NCBI GenBank assembly: GCA_018656655.1
Contig: JABHYW010000040.1
Location: 1 to 40,380 of the forward strand
Direction of reading: 5' to 3'
Length of the DNA stretch: 40,380 bases
Source: Candidatus Komeilibacteria bacterium
Lineage (GTDB): Bacteria > Patescibacteriota > Patescibacteriia > UBA1558 > GWA2-36-10
A program made the position numbers and the translations under genes. Of the stretch, positions 10,009 to 20,723 are shown piece by piece. The notes below the pieces were generated by a model that searched no databases, was not told the origin of the DNA, and worked only from the letters and a program-made list of their open reading frames with translations. The stretch's first letter is position 1; every line of letters begins with the position of its first letter.

Positions 10009-11586
10009 ATGGATTTTAAGAAAAGAAAACTAAATCTTCTAGACGAAAATTTGAACAATAATTTTGATACTCAGCACCAAGCAAATAAACCTAAGCTGAA
10101 TTTCAAAAAAGAATATAAAATAGACTCTAAGAAGCAAGACAAAAATCAGGCTGGCAAAAGTCGGGGAAAGAAAAAACTTCCCTTGTTTTTTATAATATTA
10201 ATTATTGCCTTTCTAGGTATTGCTAATTTATTAGCTGCTGACAATGACAGTTTTTTATCTGGCGTAAAAAATTCTTATCTAGTCAGACAAATTACTCATA
10301 TTATATCTAGTAAAGAAAAATATCTAGATGGCGAAAAAGAAGATAGAATAAATTTTGTATTAATGGGCATGGGTGGTGCTGGACATAATGGTCCGTATCT
10401 AACAGATACTATTATGATAGCCAGTTTCAAACCATCAAGTAAGGAAGCCGCTATATTTTCTTTACCTCGTGATATGATTGTGCCAATTGATAGTGCTAAC
10501 TATAGAAAAATAAACTCCGTCTATACTATTGGTCAAAATAATGGTATTGGTGGTGGTGAATTAATGAAGCAAGTATTAAGTAAAACTTTTGATACACCTA
10601 TACACTATTTTGCCGCTGTAGATTTTAATGGTTTTATAGAAATGATAGATGCTATAGATGGCGTAGAGGTTAATGTAGATATAGCATTTGTAGATAATCA
10701 ATTTCCAACCTACGATGAAAAATGGCAAAGCGTTTCTTTTGAAGCTGGCAAACAAACTATGGATGGCCTAACAGCTCTTCGCTACTCTCGCTCTCGTCAC
10801 GGTAATAATGGCGAAGGCTCTGATTTTGCTCGTATTAAAAGACAACAAAAAGTAATATTAGCTGCTAAAGAAAAACTTACTTCTTTTAACACTCTAATCA
10901 ACCCTACTAAAATTACTAATCTATTTTCACTATTTACCAAATATACCTCTACTGATCTTGAACCTTGGGAAGCCGTTAAATTAGTACATCTAGCCAAAGA
11001 GTTAAACACTCAAAATATAGTAACCCAATCAATTGATGATCGTCCTGGTGGATATCTTAAAGCTGGCATTGCTGAAGATGGTGCCTATATATTACAACCT
11101 GTCACTGGAAACTATAATCAAATAAATTTATTAATAAAAAACATATTTGATCTTCAACAAGCTAGCCAAGAGAAAGCTAAAATAGTAATTCAAAATGGCA
11201 CTATAGTGCCTGGTCTAGCTCTTAAGGCAGTTAATTATTTAGACCAAATAGGGTATAATATAATAAGGTATGGCAATGCTAATACTCAAGATAAGATTAG
11301 CACCATAATATATGATTATACTAATAATAATCCCAAAACTAAAGAATCATTAGAAGGTGTTTTTTCCACAAAAGCAAAAAACAGTATTCCATTAGATTAT
11401 GATAGCGCCGTCGTAGCCTCAAATTGGGGAATAAGAAATGATGATGGAGATTTAGAACAAATAGACTTTTTGATTATTTTAGGACAAGATCAAATAATAG
11501 ATGAGGGAATAGAAATAATAACTACTATTAATCCTTCTTTACTAAGCAGCTCTACAGCTACTAGTACTGAAGAAATAACAGAATAA
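10009..11586 (+). CDS. LCP (LytR-CpsA-Psr) family glycopolymer transferase with C-terminal LytR_C domain
   Basis: TM helix; LTDTIM, SLPRD, KINSVY, DFNGF..IDAIDGV, ALRYSRSR, SDFARIKRQQ; C-terminal IQNGTIVPGLA. Confidence 0.93.
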   Translation: MDFKKRKLNLLDENLNNNFDTQHQANKPKLNFKKEYKIDSKKQDKNQAGKSRGKKKLPLFFIILIIAFLGIANLLAADNDSFLSGVKNSYLVRQITHIISSKEKYLDGEKEDRINFVLMGMGGAGHNGPYLTDTIMIASFKPSSKEAAIFSLPRDMIVPIDSANYRKINSVYTIGQNNGIGGGELMKQVLSKTFDTPIHYFAAVDFNGFIEMIDAIDGVEVNVDIAFVDNQFPTYDEKWQSVSFEAGKQTMDGLTALRYSRSRHGNNGEGSDFARIKRQQKVILAAKEKLTSFNTLINPTKITNLFSLFTKYTSTDLEPWEAVKLVHLAKELNTQNIVTQSIDDRPGGYLKAGIAEDGAYILQPVTGNYNQINLLIKNIFDLQQASQEKAKIVIQNGTIVPGLALKAVNYLDQIGYNIIRYGNANTQDKISTIIYDYTNNNPKTKESLEGVFSTKAKNSIPLDYDSAVVASNWGIRNDDGDLEQIDFLIILGQDQIIDEGIEIITTINPSLLSSSTATSTEEITE

Positions 11587-11587
11587 T

Positions 11588-12949
11588 ATGGCAAGTTTAT
11601 ACAAAATAGCTATAGTCGGAAGAGTAAATGTAGGTAAATCTACCTTGTTTAATCGTTTAATTTCAGATCAAAAAGCCATCACTTCTCGTGTAGCTGGCAC
11701 AACTAGAGATAGAAATTACGCAGTCTGCTCATGGAAAGACATGGATTTTTCTTTAATTGATACTGGCGGTTTAGAAAGACAATCTGATGATGATATAGAT
11801 CAACAAATTATAGAACAAGCTCAAGTAGCCATTAAAGAGGCTGATCTTTTACTTTTTGTAGTAGATACTAAAACTGGCATTATGCCAGCTGATCTTGAAT
11901 TAGCTAAAGAATTTAAAAAGAATAAAAAACCTATTATTCTGGTGGCTAATAAAACTGATAATAATAAACTTCGCCAACACACAGCTGATTTTTATAAGCT
12001 TAATTTTGATAAACCATGGCCTATTTCAGCTATCAATGGTGTTGGAACTGGCGACCTATTAGATGAAGTGGTTGTTAGACTTAAGAAATTAAAAAAGAAA
12101 AAAAGACTTAAAGAAGCTCCAGTTGATGAAAAAATTATAAGAGTAGCCGTAGTTGGTAAACCTAATGTTGGCAAATCCTCTATTATTAATGCTATCTTGG
12201 GCGAACAAAGAGTAATAGTTTCTGCCACAGCCCACACTACTAGAGATTCTCAAGATATAGAATTTATTTTTGAAGGTCAAAAAATAGTTTTTGTAGATAC
12301 CGCTGGTATGAGACGTCATAGTCAAAAATCAGCTGATGCCTTTGAAAAACAATCCGTTGATCAAAGTATTGAAAGTATAAAAAAATCTGACATTGCCATA
12401 CTGGTAACTGATGTTAGTAAAAAACTAACTTGGCAAGATAAACATATGATAGATGAGGCTAATGAGGCTGGCGTGGGCCTTGTCATATTAGCTAATAAAT
12501 GGGACATGATAACTGACAAAACTACCGATACTGTCAAAGAGTTTGATATGTATTACAAAAGATTTTTCCCATTTATAAAATGGGCACCCGTAATATATTC
12601 TTCTGCGACTAAAAAAATACGTATCAAAAAAATATTAGATAGTGTTATAGCTATTTATGGAGAAAAAAATAAAGTTATTAGTGAAAATGCTCTAGATAAA
12701 CTATTAAAAGCAATAGTTAAAAGACACAAACCATCCAGAGGTAAAGGCACTAAACATCCTTACATTTATAGCCTTAAGCAACTTCGTACTAACCCTCCAA
12801 TTTTTGCTATCAAAATTGATTTTAAGGCTGATTTACATGATTCTTATTTAAGGTTTATAGAAAATAATTTAAGATATAAGTTTGGTTTTGAAGGTACTCC
12901 TATTCATATTAGAGTACTAAAGAGCCAAAATACTAAAGATAAAAAATAA
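11588..12949 (+). CDS. der: Ribosome biogenesis GTPase Der (EngA)
   Basis: Two G domains (GRVNVGKST/TTRD/DTGG/NKTD and GKPNVGKSS/TTRD/DTAG/NKWD) plus a KH-like C-terminus. Confidence 0.98.
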   Translation: MASLYKIAIVGRVNVGKSTLFNRLISDQKAITSRVAGTTRDRNYAVCSWKDMDFSLIDTGGLERQSDDDIDQQIIEQAQVAIKEADLLLFVVDTKTGIMPADLELAKEFKKNKKPIILVANKTDNNKLRQHTADFYKLNFDKPWPISAINGVGTGDLLDEVVVRLKKLKKKKRLKEAPVDEKIIRVAVVGKPNVGKSSIINAILGEQRVIVSATAHTTRDSQDIEFIFEGQKIVFVDTAGMRRHSQKSADAFEKQSVDQSIESIKKSDIAILVTDVSKKLTWQDKHMIDEANEAGVGLVILANKWDMITDKTTDTVKEFDMYYKRFFPFIKWAPVIYSSATKKIRIKKILDSVIAIYGEKNKVISENALDKLLKAIVKRHKPSRGKGTKHPYIYSLKQLRTNPPIFAIKIDFKADLHDSYLRFIENNLRYKFGFEGTPIHIRVLKSQNTKDKK

Positions 12950-12951
12950 AT

Positions 12952-13506
12952 ATGAAATTAATAATAGGCCTAGGAAATCCAGATAAAGAGTATGAACAAA
13001 CTCGCCATAATTTTGGCTACCTATCTACAGATTCTTTAGCTAGTAAAAAAGAAATAAGTTGGACTAAACATAAACAAAGCAACAGCTTGATAGCTAGCTT
13101 CCAAGGTAAAAAAGAAAAAATTATCTTAGCTAAGCCTTTAACCTATATGAATAACTCTGGTAAAGCGGTTAAAGCCTTAAAACAATATTACAAAACTCCT
13201 GTTAATAGAATAATTGTTATTTATGATGATATTGACTTACTATATGGAAAAATAAGGATTTCCAAAAATCGCAGTGCTGGTGGACACAAGGGTATTGATT
13301 CCATAATAGAACATCTCAAATCTAAAGACTTTAAAAGAATCCGTCTGGGTATTGGTCCTCAAAAAGGTAAAGCTGAAGACTTTGTCCTAAAAAAATTCTC
13401 CAGTACAGAAAAGAAAAAGCTAAATGAGATTATAGATACTAGTAATCTAATACTAGAAAATATACTGGCTAGAAGTTTTGATCAAGCAGCCAATAAATAT
13501 AATTAA
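12952..13506 (+). CDS. pth: Peptidyl-tRNA hydrolase
   Basis: GLGNP, TRHNFG, KPLTYMNNSG, DDID, GGHKG. Confidence 0.98.
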   Translation: MKLIIGLGNPDKEYEQTRHNFGYLSTDSLASKKEISWTKHKQSNSLIASFQGKKEKIILAKPLTYMNNSGKAVKALKQYYKTPVNRIIVIYDDIDLLYGKIRISKNRSAGGHKGIDSIIEHLKSKDFKRIRLGIGPQKGKAEDFVLKKFSSTEKKKLNEIIDTSNLILENILARSFDQAANKYN

Positions 13507-13510
13507 AATC

Positions 13511-13543
13511 AAAAAGCCTCGTCCAATAAATGAGGCTTTTTTT
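13511..13543. terminator. Bidirectional terminator between convergent pth and pepA
   Basis: aaaaagcctc...gaggcttttttt. Confidence 0.75.
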
Positions 13544-13545
13544 GT

Positions 13546-15057
13546 TTAGATACTTCTCAGCCAATTAAGGATAGTTCGCACTCCAAATCCTGCACCACCA
13601 ACTGGTGTATACGAATTTATGGATTTCTCTATGTAAGCTGGACCAGCAATATCAATATGAGCCCACTCTACTCCATCTTCTATAAAATGATTAAGAAACC
13701 AAGCAGCCATAATAGAGCCACCGCCCTTAGTATTTGATATATTTCTAATGTCAGCGATTTTAGATTTATTCATGTCTTTATATTCCGGAGCTAAAGGTAA
13801 CTGCCACATAGTCTCCCCTGTATCTTTGGCTTGTTTTAAAATAGCTTTAGCTAGCTTATCATTATTAGAAAAGAATCCCGCATATTGAGAACCTAAAGCC
13901 GCAATAACAGCGCCAGTTAAGGTAGCTAAATCTACTATTTTAGTAATCCCCTGTTTTTGAGCATAGGCCAATGAATCAGCTAAGGTAACTCTGCCCTCTG
14001 CATCAGTATGAGCTATTTCAATACTTTTGCCTTGCATATTTCTAACTACATCGCCTGGTTTAACAGCAGAACCAGAAGGCATATTTTCACAAGCGGCAAT
14101 AATACCATGTACTTCTACTTTTGGATTACTAGCTACCAAGGATTGAAAAACACCTAAAACAGTCGCTGCACCACCCATATCTATTTTCATGTCATACATA
14201 CCTTCCCAAGGCTTGATATTAAGACCACCACTATCAAAGGTAAGTCCTTTACCAACTAAAGCAATCTTATCTTTAGCTTTGCCAGTTGGTTTATATACTA
14301 AATGAATAAATTTTGGCCTGGCTTCTGAACCTTTAGCAATAGATAAAAAAGCATTCATCTTTAATTTTTTAATAGCTTCTTCTTCTAATATTTTGACTGT
14401 AATATTCCCGCCTTGCCGCGAGGCAGGTTTATTAGCCTTAGCTATTATCACAGCAGTATCTGCCAAAAATTGTGGTGTCATTATTCCAGCAGGCTCATTA
14501 ACTAAATCACGAGCTAAAATTGTACCTTCGGCTAAAGATTTTCCTAAATCCCAAGCTTTAGTAAACTTTACTTTTTGACTAGCAAGTAAATAAACATAAA
14601 TTTCTTTAATATCTACTTTAATATTTTCTTTGTCTACTTTTTTATATTTATCAAAATCATAATTAGCTAAATATAATCCTTCGGCTAATGACTGAGCTAG
14701 AAGACTAATGTCACTAGTTCCCTTGAGCCAGTGCTTAGCTACTAAACCAATCTTATTAGCTTTGTATTTTTTAAGATAAGCTATAACATGTCCAGCTGTT
14801 TTTCTAAAATCTTCAGCAGCTAATTTCTTAGCTTGTCCAGTACCAATAAAAACAATTGTCTGCTGATCATCGTGAATTACAAATACTTGCCCTTTTTTAC
14901 CTAGAAAATTTTCTTTCTTAACACGAGACAAAACATCTGACTCATCTTCATAATCAAAAGACTTAATTAGATTAGTAATAGCTTTATCATCTTTCAAAAC
15001 AGGCACAAATAATACCTCTTCTTCCTGATTTTCTTCTGCTCTAAATATTAATTCCAT
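13546..15057 (-). CDS. pepA: Leucyl aminopeptidase (M17), with a 7-aa repeat-derived insert
   Basis: VGKGLTFDSGG, MKIDMGG, HTDAEGRV, DLATLTGA, WAHIDIAG. Confidence 0.97.
   Translation of the reverse strand: MELIFRAEENQEEEVLFVPVLKDDKAITNLIKSFDYEDESDVLSRVKKENFLGKKGQVFVIHDDQQTIVFIGTGQAKKLAAEDFRKTAGHVIAYLKKYKANKIGLVAKHWLKGTSDISLLAQSLAEGLYLANYDFDKYKKVDKENIKVDIKEIYVYLLASQKVKFTKAWDLGKSLAEGTILARDLVNEPAGIMTPQFLADTAVIIAKANKPASRQGGNITVKILEEEAIKKLKMNAFLSIAKGSEARPKFIHLVYKPTGKAKDKIALVGKGLTFDSGGLNIKPWEGMYDMKIDMGGAATVLGVFQSLVASNPKVEVHGIIAACENMPSGSAVKPGDVVRNMQGKSIEIAHTDAEGRVTLADSLAYAQKQGITKIVDLATLTGAVIAALGSQYAGFFSNNDKLAKAILKQAKDTGETMWQLPLAPEYKDMNKSKIADIRNISNTKGGGSIMAAWFLNHFIEDGVEWAHIDIAGPAYIEKSINSYTPVGGAGFGVRTILNWLRSI
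14407..14427. repeat. Family C element in frame in pepA (PASRQGG)
   Basis: cccgccttgccgcgaggcagg, a GC-rich patch in an AT-rich gene; matches 5357-5377. Confidence 0.8.
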
Positions 15058-15137
15058 ATAATTATTTATTATAATTTAACACTCTGTAACTTAACATAAG
15101 TTAATATATATAGCAATAATCAACCTATTAACTAAAC

Positions 15138-15162
15138 AAAAAACCGCCCTAACGAGCGGTTT
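15138..15162 (-). terminator. Terminator after rplA
   Basis: aaaccgc...gcggttt stem with a T-run on the minus strand. Confidence 0.65.
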
Positions 15163-15188
15163 AGATCCTGAACTAAATTCAGGATGAC
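15163..15188. repeat. REP-like family E half element (agatcctgaactaaattcaggatgac)
   Basis: 26/26 identical to 34240-34265. Confidence 0.85.
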
Positions 15189-15192
15189 AAAT

Positions 15193-15879
15193 TTAATTTA
15201 TACTTACTTTGATACTAGGTCCCATTGAAGATGAAATGTATAAAGCTTTAATAAAAGTACTTTTTAAACTTTGAGGTTTTGATTTCTTTAAAGACTCAAG
15301 GAAAACTGCAAAATTCTCAAGTAACTTAGCATCATCAAATGATGTTTTACCAATAGTCAAATGAATATTAGCAGTACTATCATTTTTGTAAGATACTTTA
15401 CCTTTTTTAAGCTCACCAACCATTTTAGTTATATCTGGACCAATTGTACCAGCCTTGGGATTAGGCATAAGACCTTTTTGACCAAGTACTTTAGCAATCA
15501 CTGCTAATTTTGGCATCATCTCAGGTACAGTAACCGCAATATCAAAATTTGTTTTTGAAGTTTTTTTAATCTCAGCAATTAATTCTTCACTACCAACTAA
15601 ATCAGCGCCAGCATCTTTAGCTTCTTTAGCTTTATCTTCTGGTACAAAAGCAGCTATATTAATAGTCTTACCAGTACCATGTGGAAGTGCTGCAGAGGCT
15701 CTAACAATTTGATCGCCTTTTTTGGGATCAATACCTAATCTAGCGTGAACTTCTATAGAAGCATCAAATTTTACTACGCTAGTTTCTTTAACTAATTTGA
15801 TTGCTTCTTCAATTTTATAAATCTTATCGCTATCAATCTTAGCTTTAGCTTCTTTTAATCTTTTACTTACTTTTGACAT
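15193..15879 (-). CDS. rplA: 50S ribosomal protein L1
   Basis: KFDASIE, LPHGTG, LGQKGLMPNPKAGT, SSMGPS. Confidence 0.98.
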   Translation of the reverse strand: MSKVSKRLKEAKAKIDSDKIYKIEEAIKLVKETSVVKFDASIEVHARLGIDPKKGDQIVRASAALPHGTGKTINIAAFVPEDKAKEAKDAGADLVGSEELIAEIKKTSKTNFDIAVTVPEMMPKLAVIAKVLGQKGLMPNPKAGTIGPDITKMVGELKKGKVSYKNDSTANIHLTIGKTSFDDAKLLENFAVFLESLKKSKPQSLKSTFIKALYISSSMGPSIKVSIN

Positions 15880-15880
15880 A

Positions 15881-15932
15881 ATTATTTATTATTACGAGGT
15901 TCAAACGCTCAACCGACTAGCCAAGCTCCCTC
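15881..15932 (-). promoter_or_regulatory. Putative L1-binding autoregulatory leader upstream of rplA
   Basis: mRNA GAGG-GAGC...GC-GUUUGAA-CCUC resembles the 23S rRNA L1 site; 50/52 identical to 16398-16449. Confidence 0.65.
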
Positions 15933-15935
15933 CGT

Positions 15936-15963
15936 GTCCTCCATAGCTTTACGCGAAGGAGAG
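15936..15963. repeat. Family B palindromic element (intergenic rplK-rplA)
   Basis: gtcctccatagctttacgcgaaggagag matches the copies at 27047, 25262, 28785 and 34111. Confidence 0.75.
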
Positions 15964-15971
15964 AAGAATAT

Positions 15972-16397
15972 TTATTTTCCTATTTTAACTCCCATTTGAC
16001 GAGCAGTACCAGCAATTATCTTTTTTGCTTGTTCTACGTCATCGGTATTTAAATCTGGCATTTTAGCTTCTGCAATTTCAGTAAGTTGTGCATCACTTAA
16101 TGTAGCAACTTTTTCTTGCAATGGACTACCAGAACCTTTTTTTAAACTAAGTTTTTTCTTTATCATATCAGATGCCGGGGCAGTCTTAGTAACAAAAGAA
16201 AAACTTCTATCTTCATAAATAGATAATTCTACAGGTACTACTTCTCCCATACGTTCTTTTGTAGCTGCATTAAATTGCGTACAAAAAGCTTGAATATCTA
16301 AACCATGGGGCCCTAAAGCTGTACCAACTGGAGGAGCTGGAGTAGCTTTACCAGCTTGGATTTGTAGCTTAACAATTTGTTTTATTTGTTTTGCCAT
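15972..16397 (-). CDS. rplK: 50S ribosomal protein L11
   Basis: [35 protein letters not shown]; start at MAKQ (16397). Confidence 0.98.
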   Translation of the reverse strand: MAKQIKQIVKLQIQAGKATPAPPVGTALGPHGLDIQAFCTQFNAATKERMGEVVPVELSIYEDRSFSFVTKTAPASDMIKKKLSLKKGSGSPLQEKVATLSDAQLTEIAEAKMPDLNTDDVEQAKKIIAGTARQMGVKIGK

Positions 16398-16449
16398 ATT
16401 ATTTATTATTACGAGGTGCAAACGCTCAGCCGACTAGCCAAGCTCCCTC
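16398..16449 (-). promoter_or_regulatory. Putative L1-binding autoregulatory leader upstream of rplK
   Basis: Near-identical copy of 15881-15932, abutting the start codon. Confidence 0.65.
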
Positions 16450-16457
16450 ATTATTAT

Positions 16458-17003
16458 TTATATTTTTTTAATTTGTAAAAAATCTAATTCTACTGGAGTC
16501 TCACGACCAAACATAGAAACTAATACTTTGGCTTTACCACGAGCTTCATCAACTTCGGAAATCTTACCTTCATGATCTTTAAATGGACCATCGGTAATCT
16601 TAACAACTTCATCAACTTCAATATCAACTTTAAATTCTGGTTCTTCAGCACCCATTCTTTGCATTAATTGTTTTATCTCTGCCTCAGAAACAGGAGTAGG
16701 TGTAGTACCAGAACCAACGAAACCAGTTACGTTTGGAGTATTTCTAACTACATACCAAGAAGCGTCAGTTACTACCATAGATACCAAAACATAGCCTGGA
16801 AAAATCTTTTCCTTAACTGTTTTTCTTTTTCCGTTCTTAATTTTAATTTTAGTCTCGGTTGGAATAATAACATCAAAAATCTTATCTTCCATATCCATAG
16901 ATTCAATACGTTGTCTCAAATTACGACAAACGTTTTCTTCATAACCAGAATAAGTATGTAATACATACCACCTTCGACCCTGTTGTGCGGTTTGTTTTGG
17001 CAT
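16458..17003 (-). CDS. nusG: Transcription termination/antitermination factor NusG
   Basis: WYVLHTYSGYE, FPGYVLV, TPNVTGFVG, KOW motif DGPF, FGRETPVEL. Confidence 0.98.
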   Translation of the reverse strand: MPKQTAQQGRRWYVLHTYSGYEENVCRNLRQRIESMDMEDKIFDVIIPTETKIKIKNGKRKTVKEKIFPGYVLVSMVVTDASWYVVRNTPNVTGFVGSGTTPTPVSEAEIKQLMQRMGAEEPEFKVDIEVDEVVKITDGPFKDHEGKISEVDEARGKAKVLVSMFGRETPVELDFLQIKKI

Positions 17004-17020
17004 ATGTTTATATCTTAAAA

Positions 17021-17203
17021 TTATTTAATCAAGCCTTCTATTACTTGGCTAAGACCCAAATCAACTACCCCTAGAAAAATAGCCACTGCAATAGAAACAC
17101 CAATAACCATTAAAGTATGATTAATGGTTGTTTGTCTAGTTGGCCATACTACCTTAGATAGTTCTTCTTTGGCTCCTTTAAAATAGCTTACTATTTTGTT
17201 CAT
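17021..17203 (-). CDS. secE: Preprotein translocase SecE
   Basis: EELSKVVWPT followed by a TM helix; directly upstream of nusG. Confidence 0.96.
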   Translation of the reverse strand: MNKIVSYFKGAKEELSKVVWPTRQTTINHTLMVIGVSIAVAIFLGVVDLGLSQVIEGLIK

Positions 17204-17258
17204 ATTTTTAAAATAAAGGTTTTTTAAAACAGCTCTGACAGCTGTTTATAACGAGATT

Positions 17259-17287
17259 ACTATAGCATAAAAAAATAGCTGAGTCAA
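17259..17287 (-). promoter_or_regulatory. Sigma70 promoter for secE-nusG-rplK-rplA
   Basis: TTGACT-17nt-TATAGT with extended TGn. Confidence 0.6.
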
Positions 17288-17297
17288 GGATTAAACT

Positions 17298-17324
17298 AAA
17301 AAGCCCCGAATTTCGGGGCTTTTT
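17298..17324. terminator. Intrinsic terminator
   Basis: aaaaagccccgaa-t-ttcggggcttttt. Confidence 0.8.
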
Positions 17325-17353
17325 ATGTAAATATAGTGTATTTTATGTTTTAT

Positions 17354-18337
17354 TTATTGAATCTCTAAAGTATTTATAATACCTACAATAATAGCTTTTT
17401 TCTCAACTAATAATTCTTCTGTTTGAGGTATAAAATTAAATTCAAAGCTTATTCTAATAATTTTATTATTATGGAGAATATAATATCTTTCTATAACTCC
17501 TAAATCATAACGAGCTTGTTTATAAGTATTAATGCCAGCCACTTCTATAAAAGTATCTTCATAGCTATAACCATAACCATCATTTGCGTAAAAATCATCT
17601 TTTATTTCTTGAGAAGTTTTTAAGTTTTTAATATTATCTTCTGCTTTCAGCCAAAAATGTCCTTGTTCTGATTTAAATAATTGACCAAATAATTCACTAA
17701 ACTCATCTTCAACAAATTCTAATGGATACTTAAAACTTATGCCTAATTCTTCATTCGTATAAGTCTGCCAATCAACTATATTATCTAAAAATTTAAAAGT
17801 TTCCACTATATCTTTTACTTCCGAAAGCATCCCCTGCAAACTAGGAACCTCGTCATGACTAGTACTATAAACAAAAATGTAATCATCATTTTCAGTCACA
17901 TACTTGGGTTTTGGACCTTCTTCATTCTTTATAGCATCCCAGCCTTGATGACTCATAATACCAAGAGCCCAAAAATCTAATTGTTCTGGAAAACCAAAAT
18001 ATATTCCATTATCTTTCTCTTCAAATTGATAACCTTGCCAATTCTCTGGAAAAACCAAACTAAAACCATATTTATTATTTTTATAAACAAGTCCCTCTTC
18101 TAAATTAGACTTTTCTTTTTCTATTACTGTCTCTTTTTCTAATTCTTCTATACGCTCAGCTAATTTTTCCATTTGAACTTGGGCTTGTTGCTGAATATTT
18201 TTAGAAGTTTCTTGGACAGCGTTTGTAATTTGCTTTTCTGCCTGATCTTGCACTAAAACATAAGTACTACCACCTGCTAATATCGCTGTATTAACAATGG
18301 CTAAAATTATACTAATAAATCCTTTCTGTTTTTTCAT
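17354..18337 (-). CDS. Membrane-anchored/secreted protein with a coiled coil and two PsbP/DcrB-like domains
   Basis: MKKQKGF followed by a hydrophobic helix; repeated motifs YKNNKYGFSLVFPENW and WQTYTNEELGISFKYP. Confidence 0.6.
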   Translation of the reverse strand: MKKQKGFISIILAIVNTAILAGGSTYVLVQDQAEKQITNAVQETSKNIQQQAQVQMEKLAERIEELEKETVIEKEKSNLEEGLVYKNNKYGFSLVFPENWQGYQFEEKDNGIYFGFPEQLDFWALGIMSHQGWDAIKNEEGPKPKYVTENDDYIFVYSTSHDEVPSLQGMLSEVKDIVETFKFLDNIVDWQTYTNEELGISFKYPLEFVEDEFSELFGQLFKSEQGHFWLKAEDNIKNLKTSQEIKDDFYANDGYGYSYEDTFIEVAGINTYKQARYDLGVIERYYILHNNKIIRISFEFNFIPQTEELLVEKKAIIVGIINTLEIQ

Positions 18338-18372
18338 AGCTTTATTTTTATTTTTTAAATATCTAAATTCCC

Positions 18373-18459
18373 TTTGTCATTTCGACCGAAGTCTAGCTGA
18401 GCTAGACTGAGTGGAGAAATCTAATCCTCAGATCTCTCGACTACGCTCGAGATGACAAG
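18373..18459. repeat. REP-like family D element downstream of gyrB
   Basis: tttgtcatttcgaccgaag...gtggagaaatct...agatctctcgactacgctcgagatgacaag; homologous to 5301-5402. Confidence 0.85.
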
Positions 18460-18464
18460 CCTCT

Positions 18465-20540
<2,076 letters not shown>

Positions 20541-20551
20541 TTATTATATTA

Positions 20552-20642
20552 AATCCCTCCCCCGCCTCCCTTTGACAAGGGAGGAGCTACCTCATTAAAT
20601 TAAGCTTGTTAAGCCCCCTTGATAAAGGGGGTTTGGGGGATT
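20552..20642. repeat. REP-like family F doublet in the gyrB 5' region
   Basis: Hairpins cctccctt-tgac-aagggagg and ccccctt-gata-aaggggg; 20611-20642 is an exact inverted copy of 36474-36505. Confidence 0.85.
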
Positions 20643-20648
20643 TCTCTA

Positions 20649-20682
20649 TGCTTATTTTATCATAAAATAAGCAAAAAAACAA
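20649..20682 (-). promoter_or_regulatory. Putative gyrB promoter overlapped by a perfect palindrome
   Basis: TTGTTT-17nt-TAAAAT with TGn; inverted repeat tgcttattttat-c-ataaaataagca at 20649-20673. Confidence 0.5.
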
Positions 20683-20723
20683 CCAAAATTGATTGTTTTT
20701 TTATATAAATATTTTACCTAATA

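Noticed and set aside
16971-16990. NusG N-terminal QQGRRW (ccttcgaccc) resembling family A
   Set aside because: Only about 8 nt match, the CTGAG core is missing and there is no evident extra length.
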